DNA of 64,000 bases from Rhynchopus sp. YZ270_cl-10 (lineage: Eukaryota), in the NCBI GenBank assembly GCA_964035575.1, contig OZ037842.1:186001-250000 (forward strand), read 5' to 3'. The notes beneath the pieces are model-generated. The model made no database searches, was not told the DNA's origin, and worked only from the letters and a program-made list of their open reading frames with translations. Both the position numbers and the translations under genes were made by a program. Shown piece after piece: positions 33,046 to 45,553 of this stretch. Position 1 is the first letter of the stretch. Each line of letters begins with the position of its first letter.

Positions 33046-34745
33046 TAAGATAATATTTTCAATCGAAAGATGGAGTTGTCCACCAGCGTCGTCTCCTCTT
33101 TTTTTGAATAAGAAATCTTTTGTTTTTTGCTAATAAAAAGTAGGGTACAGCCAGTACACCTTTCCCTAATTGTGTAGGATAGACCTCGCTGCAGCAGCGG
33201 GCAATGGGCTGACTAAAAAGGTATTTCAACATAATATGATGCAATCAATAAATTGGTAGCATAGGTATAGGGATCAACAAAAATGTTCTCAACTTTCTTT
33301 TTATTTTGGTATGTTTTGCAAAATGTCAAAGAGAAAAGTAACATGTTTCGTGGATTAGTTTCTGACAATAACCCTGTTTCAGTCCAGAATCATACAGTTG
33401 GGTGGACATCTTCAGTGATTTCCCTTTAGATGGTGGGTGAATGTCGTGAAACCAAAAAGAGTGTAAAAGTACAAGTGTAAAAAAGTGTAAAAGTATTTCA
33501 TATACTTTCTTTTCTAAACGAAAAGAAGGGAAAGAGGGTGCGAAAAATGTACCCTTGCTCATATGTAAAAAAATGTAAAAGTAAAAGTAAAAGTAGTTTC
33601 GAGCTGCCTTAGGATAATATTTTCCATCGAAAGATGGAGTTTTTGTCCACCAGCGTCGTCTCCTCTTTTTTTTTTTTTGAATAAGAGATCTTTTGTTCTT
33701 TGCTAATAAAAAGTAGGGTACAGCCAGTACACCTTTCCCTAATTGTGTAGGATAGACCTCGCTGCAGTAGCGGGCAATGGGCTGACTAAAAGTATTTCAA
33801 CATACGCAATCAATAAATTGATGCATAGGTATAGGGATCAACAAAAATGTTCTCAACTTTCTTTTTATTTTGGTATGTTTTGCAAAATATCAAAGAGAAA
33901 AGTAACATGTTTCGTGGATTAGTTTCTGACAACAACCCTGTTTCAGTCCAGAATCATACAGTTGGGTGGACATCTTCAGTGATTTCCCTTTAGATGGTGG
34001 GTGAATGTCGTGAAACCAAAAAAAAGTGTAAAAGTACAAGTGTAAAAAAGTGTAAAAGTATTTCATGTACTTTCTTTTCTAAACGAAAAGAAGGGAAAGA
34101 GGGTGCGAAAAATGTACCCTTGCTCATATGGAAAAAAGTGTAAAAGTAAAAGTAAAAGTAGTTTCGAGCATCCTTAAGATAATATTTTCCATCGAAAGAT
34201 GGAGTTGACCACCAGCGTCGTCTCCTCTTTTTTTGAATGAGAAATCTTTTGTTCTTTGCTAATAAAAAGTAGGGTACAGCCAGTACACCTTTCCCTAATT
34301 GTGTAGGATAGACCTCGCTGCAGTAGCGGGCAATGGGCTGACTGAAAGTATTTCAACATAATATGATGCAATCAATAAATTGATAGCATAGGTATAGGGA
34401 TCAACAAACATGTTCTCAACTTTCTTCTTATTTTGGTATGTTTTGCAAAATGTCAAAGAGAAAAGTAACAAAGTAACATGTTTCGTGGATTAGTTTCTGA
34501 CAATAACCCTGTTTCAGTCCAGAATCATACAGTTGGGTGGACATCTTCAGTGATTTCCCTTTAGATGGTGGGTGAATGTCGTGAAACCAAAAAGAGTGTA
34601 AAAGTACAAGTGTAAAAAAGTGTAAAAGTATTTCATATACTTTCTTTTCTAAACGAAAAGAAGGGAAAGAGGGTGCGAAAAATGTACCCTTGCTCATATG
34701 TAAAAAAAGTGTAAAAGTAAAAGTAAAAGTAGTTTCGAGCTGCCT
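33046..34745. repeat. Three tandem copies of the ~565-bp repeat
   Basis: Units start at 33046, 33610 and 34175. Confidence 0.92.
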
Positions 34746-36160
34746 GCTTCTATACTACCTTCTCGGCAGCATCTGGAGCAGGGTTCCTCTCCGAAAGTGG
34801 AAAGCAAAGAAAACTGTAGTTGTTGATGCAGGCACTTCCGACTGACCCACGTACGATGCCAGCCATCAGGATGAAAGCACAAGTACCCTGCGGCCTACAA
34901 CAGTAGATGTGGGGAGTCACAACATCTCTCTCTTGGCGTCCCATGTCTGTACTGACAGTTAGGCCGAAGTCCTGGCCTGACCGTTTGTCGCTGACTAATG
35001 CTCCGGGTGCGAGCACCCGTCATCGCATGGGGAAGACACGCCCAGCATTTATACCCTGCCAGGGTGTAACTTTGCATAGGAAAGGGGCAGGGGCGTTCAC
35101 CCTGAGGACAAAGGGGAGAGTCCCGCATACCCAAGAAAAGAAATGAAAAGTTTGTAAGATGACCCTAAGCCTCTCGTGCTTAGTCACCTCATCATATTCG
35201 TTATCGCGGAGCAACATTTGCGCAGGCTTCCACAATAAAAGAAGAGGAAAGTAAAGAAAAACAGGGCCTTCAACCATCGACAAAGTCTGTCCACAGTTCT
35301 GTCGAAGTAAAAATGATTACGATTTTCTTTTCAATCGAAAGATGAAGTTTTGTCAACCGGAGTAAAAAAAAAGGTAAAAAACGTAAAAAAAAAACAAAAA
35401 TATGCGAGATTCGTATTTCTAAGAATCTTATATTATTCATGTTTTTAGATGCTGATTGTTGAAGGGGAACGAAGGGTTGATGCAAAAAAAACGCACAATG
35501 ACACACGCCTCAATAAAAGATTGAGAACTTCGCCCCCCGAGCGATTAATAGTCACTCCAGGAAGCGAAGAGTGCGGGAAAAAGGAACAAAAGCATCAGCG
35601 TTACTAGTGGAAAGGGAATAGCTGTTGATCCGACTGACCCACGTACGACGCCAGCCATCCCTGTGTGGACTAGTTAACCCGAAACAAAATAGAAACTAAC
35701 TTCAGGAATAAAACGAAAATAATGAAAAACAGCTTTTCGTTTATCGCTCCGCAAGCTTGTGTTGTGTGTGATGAAAGCAGTGAGAAAACACAAGCTGGCA
35801 GAACGCACCTTCCGTCGTTTCTATTTCCTTTTGTCAAGTACCTTGATATACAGAAAAATACAGAACATGGACGCAGCAGAGCTGCGATCCTTGAAGCGAT
35901 GTGTCGTGCATCTCCTGCAAAGGGAGCGGGGAGTAGGAAAGGGGAGAGGGAAAGGGAGAGGGAGAGGGAACTACTGAAAGAGCCTCGAGGGAAATGCAGG
36001 TGAAGTGATTAATGCAGGCACCTCCGACTGACCCACCTACGCTGCCAGCCAGCCGGAATGAAAAGGGGTTCGATAACAGACATAAACTGCGCAACCCTTC
36101 TAATACAAGATGTGTATTGTGCACGTACGCATTCACTGTATGAGTAAGGGAATAGTGATA

Positions 36161-38173
36161 TCAATTATCGTGGCTGTCGCTCTGGCTGTCGCTCTGGCTG
36201 TCGCTCTGGCTGTCGCTCTGGCTGTCGCTCTGGCTGTCGCTCTGGCTGTCGCTCTGGCTGTCGCTCTGGCTGTTGCTCTGGCTGTTGCTGTCCGAGTCAC
36301 CGTTGCAGGGGGTCTCCTTCGTGGTTCTCACACCCTCAGACCCCACACAGTGACGGCACCAAAAGAAGTTCTTCGGGTCGTACTCCTGCTTCACCTCAAG
36401 CAGCCTTGCGTAGTTATCACCCCAGTAGCGTTCCTGCCAGTTCTCCATTGTGTACGCCGACTCCGAGAAGTAGGAGTTGGCACCCAGAGAGTACCACGCA
36501 TCAGTGTCGCCGTTGTCATCACCAAAGGTGGACATGTGCACTGCTGTGCGCATGCCTTCCGACATTGCTGTGCCGGCAAGCGCCTCTGGGGATCCGATCA
36601 GCCTGAAGGCCAGGACAATGTACAGACCGCACCCGACACCGTCACGGCAGCGCTGCAACATGTTGTCGAGGCGTGCGTGCATGTTGCCGTTGGCGTAGTT
36701 TTCTCTCCCCACCAGGACAGACGCGATGCCCAGCTGCCCAGGTTGGGGTGTCGCGCGAGTGGGGTCAATCGTGAACAGAGGGTTCGAGGGGAACAGGCTG
36801 AACTGGTCCGAAGACGTTTTCGGCGTGGATACCAAAAGCACGTCAGCAGCAGCTTGCAGCATGACGTCCCACGTCGTGATGTACTCCTGCTCCGTCTGCG
36901 CGCCCTGGTACGTAGTCTGCAGGAACACAGTCCAGCTCAAGCCACAGGACTCCGTCTGTGCACCAGGGAAGAAGACGAAGTCAACGGACCACTTCGCATT
37001 GGAAGCTGCAACCCAGTTGTGGAACGTAGTGAAGAGGTTGTGCAGGGAGTCGTACGAGCACATGTCTCCCATCCAGTACGTCTCAACAAACGTAATTCCC
37101 GTCGCAGGCACGTCGTACAGCTTCGTGTACAGTGCAGTGACAACACCCCATGTGGACCCACCACCACCTCTCAGTGCAAAGAACAAGTCGGGGTGGTTCT
37201 CCTCGTCCACGTAGACAAGTTCGCCGTTCGCAAGCACCATCTCCACTGCCAGGATCTGGTCAGCACCCAGTCCCTTGCTTGGTGCGAGAGGACCGTGTCC
37301 ACCACCAAGGTGCCAGCCAACAACACCCACAGTGGTGCACCAGCCAGAGGGCATCATCTTGTTGTGGTCCTTCAGTGCGAAGAAGGCTTCTTCGAAGATG
37401 AGCCCTGCGCCAAGCCTGATGTTCCCCTCCGCGTGGCCAAGCCCACGAGAGTCGTCCACGTCCACGTCGACCTCCTTCAGGAAGGAGGTTCTGATCCAGA
37501 GCCCTGTATGTTGTGTTGTCAAGGATGACTGGCTAGGTGTGCATACCATTGTTGATGCTGTGTCGGTTGAGGTAGTCGTGTCCCGTACCTGCAACAGCAA
37601 CACACAGGTTGTGCTTGCGTGCGAAGCGCACAGCAATCTGCACCTGCCTTGATGTGGTCGGCCACACAACAATCTTCGGGTTCCAGTCGTTGTACGGTTT
37701 GTTCTTGAGCGTGATCTTGCAGAACTGCGAGAAGTTGTCGACCAGGCACACCCCTTGTCTGTCCTCCTCAGCCTCCACGTACACGCCCTGCATATTCGGA
37801 CCCTCTCCGTACAGGGGCTGGTTGGCAAACTCGCCCACAGCAAAGGGTGCCATACGAGGATGGCCGTCACCTCCCCACACAAGTTGTCTGTCGGAGTTGG
37901 TGCCTGTGCAAAGTGTTTGGTTGGAACAGTCAAAAGAGAACTTCAACAAAAAGCAGTGCAAAAGAAGTGTGCAGTGCAGTGTAGTGTAGTGTATGGGAAT
38001 GGAAAGAAGAGCAGGTGGGAGAAGGACATACGTGCAAACTTCCGCGACAGCTTCGCCAGGTCGTGTGCATCTGGCCAGCAGGACTCACCCATGGTACAGC
38101 ACCCATCCAGCTGCTCACCAACCTGACCTGCAACCAGCTGCGACAGCGACAGCAGTGCTACTGTGCGCATCAT
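36161..38173 (-). CDS. BBE-like FAD oxidase, type A copy 3 (613 aa, 3 exons)
   Basis: Same as copies 1 and 2 but with four fewer 12-bp tail units and a different 5' flank. Confidence 0.92.
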
Positions 38174-40292
38174 TTTTACTGTGTCAAAGGAGTAATTTTC
38201 TCTGGGTGGAGTTATTTAAGAAAAAGGAACACGTTTATCACATGAACCATCCTCTGCACTGAACCACTCTGCAGGAAGCAGCCGCAGTGTCAACCTGCCG
38301 TCCAACCACATCAGGGGGTACTCATGCATGCACCTGATGTCGGATAAAAAAAGGCACCAACGGGACCAGGTCCGGGCTAGTCCCAAAAGGCCAAGACACG
38401 GAGCCACTGACTCTGCAAAAGAGAACCAGACTAGAACCAGAAAAAATTGAAGGGGGAAAAAAGCACTCCATTTTTGTTGTTCTTTTTTTCGCAGTTCCGG
38501 GCTGACCAGCCTTCTTTTTTTATAAAACGTTCGTTGGATCCGCAGAATCACAACGTTAGCAATATTGTTTCCTAAAATAGATGCAGGAACAACCCTGAGA
38601 CTACCCGAATGTCAGACAGACAGAATCAGGTTTCCTTTGCTTATTTGTCAGTTTGTTTGCTTTTCGTTTTTGTTTTTGTTTTGTTTTGCTTTTTTGTTTT
38701 TGCTTTTTTTTCTTTTTTGCTTTGTTTTGTTCTTGTTTTTGTTTTTTTTGTTGAAACCTTGTATAAGTGTTGACACCCGAGGATGAGTCCCTATACTATT
38801 TGTTTCTTATTTTTTTGAGTATCTCACGTTCCAGCTTCAACAAAACCTGCTTCGTTTTCTGTTCAACACAATCTTACAAAGGTAAGTGTTCATCTCGGTC
38901 ATATCAACTGAACGAAGGGAGTAAAAGCGGAATTGATTTAATCTTGTCGGGAAGGGGTCGGGAAACAAAATTGGGGGGAACTGCGCGAATCGCATGTTTT
39001 CCTTGGAAGAGACCCGCAAAGTGTCTCTGGCAAAGAAAAAAGAACGCACACAAAATAAAAAAAAGTTTATAAGATGACTACGCCTCTCGTGCTTAGTCAC
39101 CTTGAAAGAAAGAAAGATGTGGGAGTCGCAAAGCCTTGCTATTGCTTCATCTCTTCCAAAAAAGGAAAAGAAGAGTTTTGTCGATAGGCATTATGTTTTG
39201 CTGATTAGCCACCTTGACAAAAGGCCGGAGTGGAAGTGAAAGAACAGCCACAATAACATAACTTGTTGCAGGACGGTGCTGCATCATATCTCAAGACAAA
39301 AATAAAAAAGAGCCAATGATTGAAAGAGAGAGAGGACAGAGAGGGGATGGGAAGGGAACAAAATTGATTGGAACAATGGACTCCACAGAGAACGCAATAA
39401 ACACACGTAATAAACCGAGTAATAAACTTTAATACAGACCTCTTTCGTGGTGTGTGGCCTCAAGTTGGGGACACAAGTGAAGGTAAAATAGAGGTATCAA
39501 AAGCCACAGTGTGGCTGTCCTCTTTGCCAGTTCACAATCATATTTCAGGGGGGGGGGGGGGGGGAGGGGGTAAAAATAAATCTTTGCGTACCATCCTGAA
39601 GCAATGCAAAAGGATAGAACATACAAAGAAAAACAAAACGATATCTCGACTGGAGAATATGGACTCATTTGATTTCACTTCTGAATCCACGTACTCCTCA
39701 CAACCTCCAAAGACAAAACACAGAAACACTCACACCCAACCAGGTCACGTGCACAAGATAAAACTCAAAATGTGTCCTTCTGCACGTGATCGCAAGCATC
39801 GCAAGTTAAATGCTCTTTTCCTGAGACATTTGTTGCGAACACTAGACAAGAGGACCTAATCAAGAACTTGTGCACGTGACACGAGAACGGCTACACGGCT
39901 CTGGTTATGCCAACAATAATAAAAAACAAAAAGAGCAAAGTGTGGAAGGTGATCTGAAGTCTCAATAATAACGCACAAAATGGGGCTGCTGACTGGCACA
40001 ATCGGCCGAGAAAGCAAATAAAAAGATTAAATACGGGCGTACCATCTATTCAAAATAAGCGACAACCCCAACAAACAGATGGAAAGAAATACCACACTAC
40101 CTCTGAAGTGGGAGGAAGGCTCTCTGCACACATGTTGAGCACACCACATTTGAACTTGCCGCATGTGGTGCTGTGCACAGCTGAGATTCGCAACAAAGAA
40201 AAATGAAAAAGTCCGGATGCGCATACAAGAGAGTTAGAGCAGAAAAACGTATATGGGCATGTATGTGATATGGTTTGGGTTGTATCCTACAT

Positions 40293-43045
40293 TCAGTGTC
40301 CGTGGCTGTGACTGTGACTGTGGGTGTGGCTGTGGTAGCTGTACTTCGGGGTTCTCACACCCTCAGACCCCACACAGTGGCGGCACCAGAAGAAGTTCTT
40401 CGGGTCGTACTCCTGCTTCACCTCAAGCAGCCTTGCGTAGTTGTCACCCCAGTAGCGTTCCTGCCAGTTCTCCATTGTGTACGCCGACTCCGAGAAGTAG
40501 GAGTTGGCACCCAGAGAGTACCACGTATCAACGTCGCCGTTGTTCTCACCAAACGAGATCATCGCAAGACCCGAACGCATGCCATTGGAGAGGGACGTGC
40601 CCTCGAGCTGTGGGGATCCAAGCTGCCCGCTGAAGGACGTCGAGAAGAACAGGTCACAACTCACACCGTCACGGCAACGCTCAAGCATCTGCGTCACGTG
40701 TGCGTTCAGGTTCCCGTTGTCGTACTCAGAACGCTGCACCATAATCGACGGGAGTCCACCAAGCTTGCCCTCTGCCACAGACACGGCGGCAGGGTTGATG
40801 CTGAAGGCAGGGTTGTACGGCGTGATAAGGGCAAACGCGTTGTCCTCTGTGTTTGCGTACGAGATCAGAAGCACTTCATCTGCCACGTGGTGCATCGTGT
40901 GCCATGTGTCAATGTACTCCTGCTCTGTCTGCCCACCGCTGTACATCGAGAACAGCCACACAGTCCAGCTCATGCCACAGGACTCCGTCTGTGCACCAGG
41001 GAACATCGCAAACGTGATGGACCAGTTCCCGTCCAGTGTTGCGTGCCAGTTGTTGTACTCCGTCATGATCTTGTGCAGGGAGTCGTACGAGCACATGTCT
41101 CCCATCCAGTACGCCTCCGTCTTCGTCAGACCAAGTGCAGGCACGTCGTACAGCTTCGTGTACAGTGCAGTGACAACACCCCACGTGGACCCACCACCAC
41201 CTCTCAGTGCAAAGTAAAGGTCGGGGTGGTTCTCCTCGTCCACGTAGACAATATCGCCGTTCGCAAGCACCATCTCCACTGCCAGGATCTGGTCAGCACC
41301 CAGTCCCTTGCTTGGTGCAAGAGGACCGTGTCCACCACCAAGGTGCCAGCCAACAACACCCACAGTGCTGCACCAGCCAGTCGGCATCATCTTGTTGTGG
41401 TCCTTCAGTGCGAAGAGCGCTTCATCAAAGACGACACCAGCACCAAGAAGCACGTTGCCCTCTGCGTGGCCGAAGCCTCTCTTCTCGTCGTCCACGTCCA
41501 CGTCGATCTCCTTCAGGAAGGAGGTTCTGATCCAGAGTCCGTTGTTGTTGATGCTGTGTCTGTTCAGCATGTCGTGTCCTGTACCTGCAACAGCAACACA
41601 CAGGTTGTGCTTGCGTGCAAAGCGCACAGCAACCTGCACTTGTCTTACTGTGGTCGGCCACACAACAATCCTTGGGTTCCAGTTGCTGAAGGGCTGGTTA
41701 CGCTGCGAGATCTTGCAGAACTGCGAGAAGTTGTCGACCAGACACACACCCTCCTGGTCCGCCTCAGCCTCCACGTACACCCCAGTCATGTCTGCACCTT
41801 CTCCGTACAGGGGCTGGCCGTCTGGATCCCCGAGTCTGTAAGGTGCGGGCCTTGGGTGGCCGTCACCTCCCCACACAAGTTGTCTGTCGGAGTCAGTTCC
41901 TGTGATGAGTGGGTGGGGTTTTGAGTGTGTGCAGGAGGGGAGGTGTTGATAAGAGCTAGTCAGCTAATGAAGGTGAATAGGATGCTAGCCTAAATGATTC
42001 GCCTATTCAAGCCTTAAAGAATGGGCTACAGTTAGCCTACTGAAGCTAAAATAGGCTAATACTTTTTTAGCCAATTCTAGGCCTTCTCAGGGACCACTGT
42101 ATCACTGGTGGTACAGTGGTAGCTGGCTTAACCCCGTTAAAAAACATCCGAAAAATCTAAACGTAAGGACACCCCCTTAGAGACACAACACACCTCATAA
42201 ACACAAAACTGTCTCCAAGAAAGGGAAAATTTGAAGACGCTGATGGTGTGTCATCTACACATACAAATGAGACACAGGTACAACCATGTCAGGAGTTCAC
42301 ATGTACCACACTGTAAGGGGTACATGGAGACAATGTCCCCCACACAGGAAGATGAATGGGAAGCGGTGACAGAGCGGGTCCAGAGGCCGAAACCCCGTCA
42401 ACAAGATAATATTATCGACATCGAGACGTTCCCAAAAAGTGCCTAGCTCACACGGTGAAGGCCCTTCGCGTCGCACCCCCGCTGGAGCATGGGGTGATAA
42501 GGAAGGTGTAGGATGGTCACTGCACCAAGCCACATTTTGATGCGATAACGGTGTCCAGCCCGAAGCTGTTGACGTTGGCGCTTTGTGCAGAAGCGTTCCT
42601 GTTGACGGAGACGGAGTTGCGGAACTCTTCCCTGCACTGTGGACACGGCGACGTGCACGCTGAGTTAACGTACAAGAAAATGTACTAGGTGTATGAGGAA
42701 GAAGGTAAGAAGGGGGTTGAACTTGACAGAAGCAGACTAGCCTTCCGCACCTCTCCCAGTGGCCATCTGCCTTCTCCGGGCAGTGTACGCAACCACTGGT
42801 GCTGAGGGTGTTTTCTCTTCTCTCTACGCGTTGATGACGAACCCAATACTAGCCTATTCCTACTAGCTTACTAGCTATGTAATGTGCGGAGAGAAAGACA
42901 TACTTGCAAGCTTCCGCGACAGCTTCGCCAGGTCGTGTGCATCTGGCCAGCAGGACTCACCCATGGTACAGCACCCATCCAGCTGCTCACCAACCTGACC
43001 CGCAACCAGCTGCGACAGCGACAGCAGTGCTACTGTGCGCATCAT
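40293..43045 (-). CDS. BBE-like FAD oxidase, type B copy 1 (exons 43045-42904, 41899-40293; 582 aa; 1004-nt intron)
   Basis: 142 + 1607 nt join in frame; GTATGT donor and CACAG acceptor are intact; His-rich C-terminus. Confidence 0.88.
41954..42876. mobile_element. 923-bp insertion with imperfect TIRs inside intron 1 of copy B1
   Basis: Ends AGCTAGTCAGCTAAT and (reverse complement) AGCTAGTAAGCTAGT match at 13/15. Subtracting it leaves an 81-nt intron, like siblings of 78-82 nt. No clean TSD seen. Confidence 0.78.
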
Positions 43046-43508
43046 TTTCGAATGTGTTATTAAAATGTGAATCTGGTGAGGTGGTGTGTGCGAGGGTGTC
43101 TGGGCAGAAGGGAAGAAGGGTGCAGTACAAATAAAAACCCACAACAACAACTAGTCGCACGGTACTGAAGAAGTCTCACAAAGACATGTGAGAGAGAGGG
43201 TGGGAGGGGATAACAAAATCGATTGGAACGATGTGTGCAAATACGCCTCGACAGAGAACGCAATAAACACATGTAGTAAACTGAGCAATAAATACAGACC
43301 TCTTTCGTGGTGTGTGGCCTCAACAAGTTGGGGACACAAGTGAAGGTAAAATAAAGAAATCAAAAGACAGTGTGTCCATGATCTTTGCCAGTTCATAATC
43401 ATATTTCATAGGGGGGGATAAAAATTAGCTTTGCGTACCATCCTGAAGCTATATATATATGGGAGAAAACGTGACCATGCACCTTTTGAGAACGACAAAG
43501 CAAAAACC

Positions 43509-43958
43509 TTATTCCGGCATCTTCGTGGGCTTTCTCGTATTGTCCGTGCCTACAGGAACTACCCTTACCCGTACCATGTCCATGACCCCGTAGTCCACAC
43601 AGTCCTTGTCGAAGGGGCCTGTATTGTTTTTGATCTGCATCCAGATGGATCCATCTCCTTTCACTGCAGCGGGTTTTAAGATTTTAAAACTGATCCCGCT
43701 GGTGCCACCAACCACAGACGTAGGTGTCACCTTCCACCTATGGCTCTCGAGACGATAGGACGGGAAGGATTCCAGCCGCAACCACCCACCTAAGCTTTCA
43801 ACACTGTACCCCGTGTTCTCCTTGTACCCCTTCTGGGGGAAGTATATTGTGACACTTACGCCTTTGGCGGTGACACCTTCGAACACTGCGCCTCGAAGCA
43901 GTTCGGGGAACTCGTCCACCCTCTCCGCCAAAGGCCTTTGCGACATGCAATTTCCCAT
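43509..43958 (-). CDS. Small hypothetical protein with N-myristoylation/palmitoylation motif (149 aa)
   Basis: Starts MGNCMS (Gly2, Cys4, Ser6); GC-rich ORF on the coding strand with a polypyrimidine tract upstream. Confidence 0.7.
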   Translation of the reverse strand: MGNCMSQRPLAERVDEFPELLRGAVFEGVTAKGVSVTIYFPQKGYKENTGYSVESLGGWLRLESFPSYRLESHRWKVTPTSVVGGTSGISFKILKPAAVKGDGSIWMQIKNNTGPFDKDCVDYGVMDMVRVRVVPVGTDNTRKPTKMPE

Positions 43959-45553
43959 AGTGTTCGCCTAATGTGAAGATGCGCGAAAAACAGAAAATGG
44001 TTCAAATCCGGCGGGAATGAGAGAAACAAGGATCGGAGGAAGAGAGTGCAAGTCTGTGTTTTTATCCTATGTTGTGGTTGCGAAGAAGGGAAGTGGGTGC
44101 GGGGGCGTTATATTCATAAACAGGGGTGGAGGTAGAGGTGGGGGTGGGGTGGGGGGGTCAAGTCCTATTTTTTTGTGTGACAGAAAGACCGTGTAAAAAT
44201 TATAACGATTGTTGTAAAAAAAGGAACAAAAAAAAAAAGGAAATGTTGCATGGGAATCGATGAAACCGTCTGCAAACAACGAAAACGATAAAAAAAAAAT
44301 GGAGTAAGGGTTTTGAGTAAGAGTAAAATGAAAATAATTGTTTCATGTACTATCTATTCTACTGAATAGAAGGTATAGGAAAATTAGACATTTCCACCTG
44401 TTCAGGACCCACGTTGAGGGGGGGAGTTGGGGGTTAAAATTTGCGTTGTCTTGAACTAGTGCTATTAAGACAAAAATAGAAGGAAAAATGTTTGGTCTGC
44501 AGAATGTTCCTCAACGGCTCTGTGTAAAGGACTACAGCTGCACGCGTGCATGTGTCCAGTATTGTCCCGGCCGATTGGGAGGTTTTTCACCACTTTTGAA
44601 AACATGGGATAGGTCTTCTCAAGTCACTAACCAAACCTGTGTGTAGGGGATGGGGGAAAAAATTAAGCTTTGCTTCCATCCTGAAGCCATCAGCAAAACG
44701 ATATACAAGACATAAAAAGAAAAACAAAACGATATCTCGACTGGAGAATATGGACACATTTGCCTTCACTTCTGAATCCACGTACTCCTCACAACCTCCA
44801 AAGACAAAACACAGAAACACTCACACCTAACCAGGTCACGTGCACATGATAAAACTCAAAATGTGTCCTTCTGCACGTGATCGCAAAGAATCGCAAGTTA
44901 AATGCTCTTTTCCTGAGACATTTGTTGCGAACACTAGACAAGAGGACCTAATCAAGAACTTGTGCACGTGACACGAGAACGGCTACACGACTCTGGTTGT
45001 GCCAACAATAATAAAAAACAAAAAGAGAAAAGTGTGGAAGGTGATCTGAAGTCTCAATAGTAACGCACAAAATGGGGCTGCTGACTGGCACAATCGGCTC
45101 AGAAAGCAAATAAAAATTTAAGAGACGGGCGTACCATCTATTCAAAATAAGCGACAACCCCAACAAACAGATGGAAAGAAATACCACACGACCTCTGAAG
45201 TGGGAGGAAGGCTCTCTGCACACATGTTGAGCACACCACATTTGAACTTGCCGCATGTGGTGCTGTGCACAGTTGAGATTCGCAAGTAAAAAAAGACACA
45301 AAAGCTGAAAATGCAAACGTCCTTTGGACGCAGACACAAAAAAAGAGTTATATTTAAAAAGATGGAAGCACCCAACAACAGGTGCGTCCAATATACACTT
45401 AGAGCAGAAGTAACCCAAGGTATGCAGGCATGGACAAAAGGTGTCGGTGTCCCAATGTACTGCACACGTGGGCATGTATACGGATACAGACGTTGTTGTA
45501 ATATGGTTTGGGCTGGTGTCCTACATTCAGTGTCCGTGGCTGTGACTATGCCT

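Larger units (their letters stand above)
20269..38178. repeat. Near-identical tandem triplication, period 5682 bp, each unit carrying one type-A oxidase gene
   Basis: Identical ORFs recur at +5682 (22810/28492/34174; 24797/30479/36161). Segment 20269-20560 recurs at about 27072 and 32754. Confidence 0.95.

Noticed and set aside
20561..34745. CRISPR-like interpretation of the repeats
   Set aside because: Units are hundreds of bp with no short repeat/unique spacer pattern and no cas genes; eukaryotic context.
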